From: an uncultured virus (IMG/VR IMGVR_UViG_3300028591_000177)
Lineage: Duplodnaviria > Heunggongvirae > Uroviricota > Caudoviricetes
Virus record (IMG/VR): IMGVR_UViG_3300028591_000177
Reading direction: 5' to 3' (one strand)
DNA: 64,000 nucleotides
A model generated the notes under the pieces. That model saw only the letters and a program-made list of their open reading frames with translations. It was not told the origin of the DNA and did no database searches. Shown piece after piece: positions 55,946 to 64,000 of this stretch. Position 1 is the first letter of the stretch, and each line of letters begins with the position of its first letter. A program made the translations under genes and the position numbers.

Positions 55946-56020
55946 TTTTCATATTGACTTATTTAGTATAATGTTGTATAATAAATACATAAATATTTTT
56001 GTATATGGAGAGACAGAAAG

Positions 56021-56425
56021 ATGAGAACAATTAAATTTTGCAATGATGAGTTTTCCACAGAACCTTGTGAGGGCGTATTTTGGGTAATTGGTGATACCTT
56101 ACTATGTTTTGTAGAACCCCTGCATACAATTGAAAAATCCGATGTGGACTATTTAGATTATAATAGTTGTTGGAATTACATCAGACAATTATTTAGTAAT
56201 TCTAAATTTGTAGGTAAACCTTCAGATTTTTATCCTCGTGGAAAGGTAACTGTGATACCTACAGGAGATTTGCAGTATAGCACATATACAGTGACTATTC
56301 ATTTAGATAGATTGCTGGAAGACGAAGCATATCTCAACTATAAAAAGTCGCTAGAACATACTTATCAAATAAATAGGTCGAATAATGATTGTGAACTAAA
56401 TTATGTTTATAATTGTCTGTTCTAA
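56021..56425 (+). CDS. Hypothetical protein
   Basis: EGVFWVI...W...FYPRGKV; own promoter 55954. Confidence 0.6.
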   Translation: MRTIKFCNDEFSTEPCEGVFWVIGDTLLCFVEPLHTIEKSDVDYLDYNSCWNYIRQLFSNSKFVGKPSDFYPRGKVTVIPTGDLQYSTYTVTIHLDRLLEDEAYLNYKKSLEHTYQINRSNNDCELNYVYNCLF

Positions 56426-56542
56426 GTTAAAAAATAAAAATATGTCAAATTAGCAAATTCTCTATTGACTTTTCTTGTAATATGTTGTATAATATTATTG
56501 TAGACAAAAACAATTATTCTAAATTACAAGGAGGAAGTTAAT

Positions 56543-57229
56543 ATGGATAATACAACAGATAAGGCTAAACTTGCTAAGGTGAAGGAACTCATTTCTAAGC
56601 TGCTTAATGTAACTAAGGAGAATGGTGCTACTGATAATGAAGTGATATCTGCAACCCTTAAAGTACAGCAGATACTTGCTAAGTACGATATGGAACTTTC
56701 AGATATTAACACTGAGGACACGGAAGAGATTATACAGGATGAAGTGGATATTGCTAATACAAACTGGCAGAAGATGCTTGCCGGAGTTGTGGCAGAAAAC
56801 TTCTGTGTAGAGTCCTTTACAAGAATTCGTAGAAACTATATGGGTAAGAAGTGTTATTCCATTGTGTTTTATGGATACAAGAGACATTGTGACGTAGCCC
56901 GTGAAGTGTTTAAGAGTTTGTTTGAATTTGGTAACAGACGTGGTAAGGAAATTTTTAAGGAGTATAGAGAGGCGGGACGTAACGTACACGGTATTAAGAA
57001 TCAGTTTTATATTGGTTATATAAGAGGTGTTAAATCTGCACTTGATGTACAGAGTAGAGCACTTATGATTATAACTCCTCCGGAGGTTAAACAAAGTTAC
57101 AAGGAATTTTGCATACAGTCTCAGATGAAAAAATCCTCTCCTATAAGGTACAGAGCCGACGAGGAACTTTATGAAAGAGGTGTTAATGCTGGACGGGAAG
57201 CAGCTTCCAGAAAAGAAATAGCAGGTTAA
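56543..57229 (+). CDS. DUF2786-family protein
   Basis: KLL...GATDNE...A..KVQQILAKY, W...LA.VVA.NF, FYG, FYIGY..GV. Confidence 0.75.
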   Translation: MDNTTDKAKLAKVKELISKLLNVTKENGATDNEVISATLKVQQILAKYDMELSDINTEDTEEIIQDEVDIANTNWQKMLAGVVAENFCVESFTRIRRNYMGKKCYSIVFYGYKRHCDVAREVFKSLFEFGNRRGKEIFKEYREAGRNVHGIKNQFYIGYIRGVKSALDVQSRALMIITPPEVKQSYKEFCIQSQMKKSSPIRYRADEELYERGVNAGREAASRKEIAG

Positions 57230-57248
57230 AATTTGTAGCATAGGATAT

Positions 57249-57284
57249 AAAGGACGGTTTAAACATCGTCCTTTTTATTTTTTA
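57249..57284 (+). terminator. Rho-independent terminator
   Basis: AAAGGACG/CGTCCTTT plus T-run. Confidence 0.75.
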
Positions 57285-57373
57285 TAATTAAAACACGATA
57301 TTATAACCTATAATAAACATTATACAGTACAATAATAGTATAAACTTATTTTGTAGAAAGGAGCCGACGGCTT

Positions 57374-57961
57374 ATGAGCGAAATAAAGGGAACGCCTGTT
57401 AAATTTAAAATAGGTGGTCAAGCTGATTATGAAGGTATTACAAAGGATGATAATGTTATATACTTTACAACAGACAGCGACGGTAATCATAGAATATATG
57501 TTGGTGATGATTGTTACAATGTAACTGTTATTGAAACTGATTTGGATTCTGCTGTAATGTCTACTAAAACTGTACCGTCCACACAGGCCACAAAGGAAGC
57601 ATTAAATGGTAAAGTTAGTAGGTGTCGTGTAGTAGATGGACTTACTATACCTAATCCTATTAATATAGCAAATAACGTGGAATACCGTTATTTAGGAATA
57701 ACTAATATTTCCGGTATTACAATAAAGACAGCGGCAAGTTATGAACGTGATTTATTCTATTGTTCTATTATATTAAATTCGTTAGATAGTACAGATAGTG
57801 TAGCAGACTTTGTCACGGTAGACCCCACCAGCGGTACTAATGTACGATTCCTAAATCCTGATGTAAACCTAAGTGATATGGATACCGTTGAATTATTGTT
57901 CTTTTTTAACGGATTGGATATTTGTTGTATAGCTGCCACATATAAGCACGAGGAGGTATAA
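57374..57961 (+). CDS. Putative virion structural (tail/fibre-associated) protein
   Basis: Beta-rich; IYFTTD...IYVGD motif typical of fibre-related proteins; no sigma-A promoter upstream. Confidence 0.4.
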   Translation: MSEIKGTPVKFKIGGQADYEGITKDDNVIYFTTDSDGNHRIYVGDDCYNVTVIETDLDSAVMSTKTVPSTQATKEALNGKVSRCRVVDGLTIPNPINIANNVEYRYLGITNISGITIKTAASYERDLFYCSIILNSLDSTDSVADFVTVDPTSGTNVRFLNPDVNLSDMDTVELLFFFNGLDICCIAATYKHEEV

Positions 57962-57965
57962 TACT

Positions 57966-58256
57966 ATGCCAAGTGCTCTTAATCCTTTAGAATCCTCTGG
58001 CTTCACTTACCAGTTACAAAAAATACGTAACTTTATGTTACTTATTGAATATGAGGTAGAGGACACCAATTATGTATGGACATTAGATGATAATGGAGAT
58101 GTTACACTTGTTTACTATTTAGGTAAATATCCTAATATAAAAGTACCTACAAGTATTGAAGGACATCCTGTTAAATACATAGCGCCTACTTGTTATAACT
58201 ATGATACACTTCTTGTATCTGTTAATATACCTGAAGGTATCGTATCTATTGGATAA
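57966..58256 (+). CDS. Small protein with BspA-type LRR start
   Basis: YLG...IKVPTSIEGHPVKYIA...SVNIPEGIVSIG. Confidence 0.5.
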   Translation: MPSALNPLESSGFTYQLQKIRNFMLLIEYEVEDTNYVWTLDDNGDVTLVYYLGKYPNIKVPTSIEGHPVKYIAPTCYNYDTLLVSVNIPEGIVSIG

Positions 58257-58267
58257 TTTATTAACTT

Positions 58268-58301
58268 AAACTGCTTCCTACGGGAGGCAGTTTTTCTTTT
58301 T
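58268..58301 (+). terminator. Rho-independent terminator
   Basis: AAACTGCTTCC-TACG-GGAGGCAGTTT plus T-run. Confidence 0.85.
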
Positions 58302-58435
58302 ATCTTATTTAATTAAAAAATAAAAATATATCAAAAACACTTGACTTTTTACGTTTTATGTTGTATAATATTAGTACAGTAAAAAATAAATAAAGAACAT
58401 GAAGTTGTAGAACAATTGAATAGGAGGAATTATTT

Positions 58436-59158
58436 ATGCGTAAGTACAATCGTATTGTCCGTATTGGCAAATCCCTAATTCCTGTAATGTTAATTCCGAT
58501 AGGAATACATATGGGAATGGAAACAAGCAGACAACATACTATCGAAACTAATATCGAAAACGTTATTGCGGAAAATGTAGAAACCCCTAACACTAAGAAC
58601 TGTAGCATAAATCAACTTAGTTGGACAGACGATGAGTCAACGGATGTAACTGTAGCGGATGATAGTAACGACGATAACTGGAGTAATTTAGGAAATGTGC
58701 TTCCTGTACTGGATAGTGATTATACTATAACACTTGACACTGATTTACAGAACTACATATACGATACATCGGTAGAATTTGGTGTACCTTATGAACTTAC
58801 TTTAGCAGTATGTTATATGGAATCTAAATTTACAGCAGATGTAAATAATGCAGGTACTAATACAGATGGAACTACTGATTGGGGTATAATGGGTCTGAAT
58901 GATATGTACCTCCAGGCCAATTGTGATTTATACAACAACGGTATAATGATAGATGCTTATAACCCATATCAGAATATTTACATTGGTGTACAGATTCTGG
59001 CAAGCAATCTTGACTATTTTAATGGTAACATATTGGACGCAGCGAATGCGTATAATTTAGGTCCAGCAGGTTGGGAAAACATGAAAAGTTGTGGACAGAG
59101 TTGGTATTACGGTGATACTGTACTCCGTTACATAGATGTTCTTAAAACAATGATTTAA
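58436..59158 (+). CDS. Lytic transglycosylase (SLT domain) with N-terminal anchor
   Basis: LAVCYMESKF, DWGIMGLN, NPYQNIYIG, AYNLG. Confidence 0.85.
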   Translation: MRKYNRIVRIGKSLIPVMLIPIGIHMGMETSRQHTIETNIENVIAENVETPNTKNCSINQLSWTDDESTDVTVADDSNDDNWSNLGNVLPVLDSDYTITLDTDLQNYIYDTSVEFGVPYELTLAVCYMESKFTADVNNAGTNTDGTTDWGIMGLNDMYLQANCDLYNNGIMIDAYNPYQNIYIGVQILASNLDYFNGNILDAANAYNLGPAGWENMKSCGQSWYYGDTVLRYIDVLKTMI

Positions 59159-59273
59159 TTCACTTTTATACATAGAAAGAGGGTGAGTTAAATGCTTATT
59201 TAAACTGTAAATAAGAATAATTTGATGTGTAGAACAGACCAGTAAAGAAAACAAGTAGAACAAAGAGTTATTT

Positions 59274-61182
59274 TTGGAGGAAATTAATATGAAATGGTTT
59301 TATACTGTATTGGAATTCACAACAATATTTGCTCTTATCACTTACGGTGAGGATATGGGTACACGAAATACCTGGTATCTAATAGTTGCTATGTGTGCAG
59401 CACATTTAATGTTTTCTCTTTTGTATAAACTTCGTAGACACGATGAGATAAAGAAGCACACTGCACATAATATTGTAAAAGTGCCGTCCCCTGTAGAATT
59501 ACTTGCTAACGAAAATGCTGGAATTAAGATACGTCATATATATGACGATGAAACAGGTAAGGATAGAGTATTGTGTGATTTTGCAAAGGTTTAAATAATT
59601 TTGTATAATATAGATTTTAATTAGGAGTTCCTAAAAGGAACTCTTTTTTTTTGTTAAATATAAAAAATTTCTAAAACCACTTGACTTTTATACTAATATG
59701 TTGTATAATATTTATAGTAAGAGGAACAAAAAATATCGTAAGTATAAAGAAGGAGTTGTGTAGTATATGATTTTGAATTACTATGAAGAATTAGGAATAG
59801 ATACTCTTGTGGAACATATAAACGAATTAGATTACTATGAGGAAAACCTTATAGATACATTATGGAATTTTGCTGTTGAAAAAGATAAGAGTTTTGCCGA
59901 AAAGATAAAGAAATATAAGGACAATAAAGATGCTATGGATATTATTGAATCTGTTACACTATATGATGATTTAGTAAATGAAGCTATGAATATGTTCGGA
60001 TATAAATTTAATAAATATTATGAAAAATGGGAAAAATAAGTAGATAAAATAATAAAATGATTTAATATGTAAAGAAGATAATCTAATTTCAGTTACAGAG
60101 GATATAATCAACTACTTGTGGAGATTTTAAGGAGATTTAAACTATGTCTAAAAAGAATATTACAGTTGAACAATTAATAAAACAACTTACTAAAATGATT
60201 GAACAAAATCCTAAGATGGCAAAAAGTGAATTAAAAATTATAAAAGGAAGTATAGAAAGTAGCATTCCTTATAAACCTGTATATTATTCAAGTTCAGATA
60301 ATAAAACAATACTCATAAGGGTAGAGGATTGAGCAGTGAAAGAGTATTTTTAAGGAGGAAGAATTATGAAAAATCAGTATAGAGTAAAGCGTATTACATT
60401 AAAGTCTAATATGACAATGGACGAATATTGGAAAGCTGTAAACAACGCAAATATCAAATATTGTAATGGTCTTGATGAGGTAAGGGCCTATTGCTGCGGA
60501 AAACTTCATAGGCAGCGTAATGGATATTCTGGCATTAATGGTAATGTAGAATATGTAGCGGAAAAAATAAGCCGATAAAAGAGTGATTCTATCCACGGAA
60601 AAGCTTGACGAGGAGCTTAAAATCCCCGTCCCATAGACGATAAACCACAAACCAACGGAAAATTAAGGAGAAATAATTATGAATGAGCAGTATCTTATTG
60701 ACAAGATAGATGAAATTATTTCGGAAATTCGCAAAGAATATACCAAGCACAAAGAACAGTATTTACTTACTCATACCGAGCACAAAGAACAGTATCTACT
60801 TACTCATATTATCAATCTTGAATTTCTTATGGGCAAATACTTTGCACTCATGGAAATTTTACTGGAGGACAACAAAGAAAATCCACTGAAACCTTTTATC
60901 AGTACGTATTTTATAGAGTATGAAAAGAACAGAGAACTTATTGAAGCTGTAACTACACATATTGACGGTATGTACAAGAAGCTGAAGGAGGTCTGAATTA
61001 TGGACAATGAAGATTACAATGCCGTATTAAAAGCTATTCCCGATATGAGTGAGACCGAAAAAGATATTGCTATGCAATGCTTAAATGATGGATATTCAGT
61101 AGATGAAACTATTGACCATATATTACTTAGCGGATATTCATTAGAAGAATATATTCGAGATATAACAGACTTAGGGGTATAA
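59274..61182 (+). CDS. Small hypothetical genes (59274 membrane, 59767, 60144, 60366, 60679, 61000)
   Basis: ORF track, RBS; terminator 59624-59652 and promoter 59681. Confidence 0.55.
60741..60806 (+). repeat. 33-bp in-frame tandem duplication
   Basis: TACC(A/G)AGCACAAAGAACAGTAT(T/C)TACTTACTCA x2, duplicating HKEQYLLTH. Confidence 0.9.
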
Positions 61183-61259
61183 CAGAGAATAGGCAAAAAT
61201 TATTATAAAAAAAACAAAAGAAGTTAAATAAAAAAGTGTACTCTAAGGAGGATATAGAT

Positions 61260-61703
61260 ATGGAAAATATAAAATATAAAGCAAGATTATCAACTTCAAA
61301 CGGTTACGCTATAGGTATTCCTATTAAAGATAAACTTGGTAATTGGAGTATGTCAATGATAGGTTATCCTAATGTTAGACATGAAATTATTCCGGAAACT
61401 ATAAGTGCCTGTACAGGGAAAAAAGATAAAAATGGGGAAGAAATATTTGAAGGAGATATTGTTGCAATACCTTTAAATACATCAGACCATATTGAGAAAT
61501 TTGTTATTATACGGGACAATGACGAAATGGCTTTCATGCTACATCGCTTAAACGAAAAATGTCATACATTTTCTCCTATTGGACATACTTGGAGTTCCGT
61601 TAGGAATGACTTTTACAACTACGATGTAAGTGAAATTGAGGTTGTAGGGAATATGTTTAATACGGTTCCTAAACTAAGAGAAGAGAATATTTTTAAAGAT
61701 TAA
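61260..61703 (+). CDS. YopX-family protein
   Basis: CTGKKDKNGEEIFEGDIV...IEVVGNMF. Confidence 0.85.
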   Translation: MENIKYKARLSTSNGYAIGIPIKDKLGNWSMSMIGYPNVRHEIIPETISACTGKKDKNGEEIFEGDIVAIPLNTSDHIEKFVIIRDNDEMAFMLHRLNEKCHTFSPIGHTWSSVRNDFYNYDVSEIEVVGNMFNTVPKLREENIFKD

Positions 61704-62319
61704 AATATACTATAGGAAGGAAGATTAATTTATGGAAAAAAGATATTTTTACAAACAGGCTTACCTTGCAAATACTGAAATTTTTATGTACGTGGACGGA
61801 AAACTTACCGAAACAGACATTATTAACGACTACAACCTTGATGGGTATATAGGAAGACTGAGGAATGAGGGATACACATATGGATACCCTCCGGAAGAAG
61901 TGGAACACCTGAGAAAGTGTTATGAAGAAGCTAAAGAAGCATATGAAATTGCTCAGCGCAATATGATTAATATTAAGGAGAATTGAGTTATAAGGAAGAC
62001 ATACATGGTGCAGTGGATACATAGAACAGAAAACACTTGCAGATACCGTAGAGGAGTTTATGGTAGCACGGTGAGGAGGTCTAATTTTTATGAATAGGGA
62101 TATACTGGAAGAACTCAAAACAAAAAATTATAAAGAGGTACTACCCTCTATCGAAAGTACAGACATATTATTTCTTTCTTGTGTTGCCGACACTATGCAA
62201 TTAAATCGTAAGATGTATTGCGAATCATGTCCATACAACATGAAATGTGCTAAATCCATAATTACAACAATGAGTTAAACGAGGTTTGTTATACGAAATG
62301 ATTTTATGATAAGTTCAAA

Positions 62320-62353
62320 GTCCGTGAAATTATTTATTCACGGATTTTTTTTT
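62320..62353 (+). terminator. Rho-independent terminator
   Basis: TCCGTGAA/TTCACGGA plus poly-T. Confidence 0.75.
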
Positions 62354-63327
62354 GTTAAAATATAAAAATTTTTTAAAACCACTTGACTTTTTATGTGTTA
62401 TGTTGTATAATAATTATAGTAAGAAAAACAAATATTCTAAAGGAGGAAAAGATATGTTTGTATGGAGAGTTAAAATTAAGAGGTACAACAACATAATGTA
62501 CTCATCAAAGGAAATTAAAACACTTTCGCTTTTTGGAATTATCCCGCTGTACATAAGCATAACAGAAATCCACAGCTAAATCGGCAATATATCCGAGTGC
62601 ATTGGAAATTCTAATGCACTTCAATATGGTGCCGAATTAATGAATACTCTTAGTTTGTTAAATTATAAAAATATATCTAAAACACTTGACTTTTTGAAGT
62701 ATGTGTTGTATAATATTTATAGTAAGAAAAGTAATTGAAGTAATCAATACCTACGGGAGGTACACAAGATGAAAAATATGATTCCTTTTGAAAAGTTATC
62801 TAAAAAAGAACAAAGACGTATTAATAAGGAAAAGCGTTCCGATTGGAACGGTATAAATCCTGTAACCCGCGTCGTAACAGATGCTACTAAGTACACAAGA
62901 AAAACTAAACATAAGAACACATATGTAGAAGATTAAGGGGTGACGACATGAATAAAAACGTAAACAAAGCTAACAGCACTTATGAAGTACAGTTATATGT
63001 AAAGGGTTACGGCAATAACTGTGTATGTCGTGGTAATATTTCTACTATAACGGATGCTCTTAATTGTGCGTATGAATTTTCACAGACAGAAGTTCTTGAT
63101 TTTATGATATTTGAGGATGTACCACGTTCTCAATTTGATTATGTGAAAATAATTAAGTTTAAGGATGATTATGATAGATGTCCAAAAACAATAGCTATAA
63201 TAAATTGCAATTAATTTTTTTTGTTAATATAATATTTATAGACTTTAAGACCTCCCTGCTTAGGAATGGTCTTAATTTTTTGTACTATATTATATAAATA
63301 TTAAGTTTTAAGAAAGGAAAATAGAGG

Positions 63328-64000
63328 ATGAGAATATTTATAGAAAATAACCTAACAGAAGAATTTAAATATTTCCTTGAAAAGGATTATGATATAGACT
63401 TGAATTCATATTTGCTGGAATTATTAAGTAAATCTGAACCTATTAAATTAGATAGTGAATACTTAAATGCCTATTATGGCAGAAACGATATTACTGAAGA
63501 CGAAGTTTGGCAATATAAAAACGACGAAGTATTTAAGGAAATAAAAAAGGATATGGCGGAATGGGCAAATGAGATACGAGACATAGTAAAGGACATTCCT
63601 GGTGTTGAAGACGCACAAATTGTAGGTTCTAACCAGGCCGGAATGTCTACTTATATAAATGTTAATTTCAAACGTCCAGAGGAAACGGATAAGATAGCTG
63701 CCGCCAAACTTAAAGAAGACCCAAAATTTTTAAATCACTATTTTAGTGGATTTGGACAAGGCGGTGGTTATGACGGAGAATATAGATTAAAATTTAGAAT
63801 AAGTAATCACCCAGAAAAACATATCTCTAATACAAATGTATTCATGAATATTACAGGACATAAGTTTGATTGGATAAGGGATAATATTGTGAACCTATGT
63901 ACTAAAAGGGTTAATATGTTGCAAAATTATTGGAGAGATTATTGCAATACAGGTAAGATAAGTCCTAAGCAAATAGAAAGAAATAAACGAAGAAAGAATC
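63328..64000 (+). CDS. Hypothetical protein (runs off window end; absent from ORF track)
   Basis: ATG 63328 after GAGG; open MRIFIENNLTEEFKYFLE...KFRISNH... to the end; TATAAATA at 63293. Confidence 0.7.
   Translation, partial: MRIFIENNLTEEFKYFLEKDYDIDLNSYLLELLSKSEPIKLDSEYLNAYYGRNDITEDEVWQYKNDEVFKEIKKDMAEWANEIRDIVKDIPGVEDAQIVGSNQAGMSTYINVNFKRPEETDKIAAAKLKEDPKFLNHYFSGFGQGGGYDGEYRLKFRISNHPEKHISNTNVFMNITGHKFDWIRDNIVNLCTKRVNMLQNYWRDYCNTGKISPKQIERNKRRKN

Larger units (their letters stand above)
5074..62715 (+). promoter_or_regulatory. Dispersed family of ~22 near-identical sigma-A promoters
   Basis: -35 TTGAC at 5074, 6461, 8955, 11243, 11968, 12664, 15234, 20710, 28463, 33619, 37452, 40671, 41702, 42417, 43173, 51489, 55954, 56465, 58341, 59681, 62383, 62686; mostly TGTTGTATAAT at -10. 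Confidence 0.9.

Noticed and set aside
60577..60660. Possible hammerhead-like RNA (AAGCT/AGCTT, CGTC/GACG hairpins)
   Set aside because: Lacks an intact CUGANGA/GAAA core; stems too short to support a call
634..62118. Minus-strand ORFs in the ORF track
   Set aside because: Nearly all are shadows of plus-strand genes, without convincing RBS, promoter or recognisable motifs
62580..62640. Long hairpin TCGGCA..GTGCATTGGA/TCTAATGCAC..TGCCGA as ncRNA
   Set aside because: Sits right after a stop codon and before the next promoter; most simply a terminator or mRNA-stabilising stem
1..64000. Stop-codon reassignment as seen in some gut phages
   Set aside because: Recognisable genes are full length under code 11, coding density is high and no suppressor tRNA is seen

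Overview
AT-rich, essentially all-plus-strand segment of a large (probably jumbo) bacteriophage. Strong AGGAGG ribosome-binding sites and about 22 near-consensus sigma-A promoters (TTGACT-N17-TATAAT with TG extension) suggest a Bacillota/Clostridia host. Most of the window is an accessory/early region of small hypothetical genes in terminator-promoter-gene modules. Recognisable products: Rnl1-like RNA ligase, a 694-aa helical-repeat (ROT/TROVE-like) plus TerD protein, RlaP-like nucleotidyltransferase, TARG1/DarG-like macrodomain, ArdA-like and Dps-like modules, solo TnpB, NrdG, SLT, DenV-like glycosylase, YopX paralogues, pentapeptide-repeat proteins and tRNA-Leu(CAA). Top observation: directly behind the TROVE-like/TerD gene, a dedicated promoter drives four tandem structured ncRNA units (11281-11815). 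They share one scaffold (closing stem, conserved asymmetric loop, inner stem, invariant AACATACTTTTA), and each displays a tRNA-anticodon-like hairpin (Phe-like, Pro, Cys, Pro). This is a candidate Ro/Y-RNA-like anticodon-mimic RNP system. Other highlights: two unusual CCA-ending RNAs beside the tRNA, acidic proteins sharing a K-[LI]-x-[LI]-x-E-S motif (putative head-packaged, protease-processed proteins), and a phased iteron/AT-rich candidate replication origin. All family assignments come from motif recognition by eye, not database searches.
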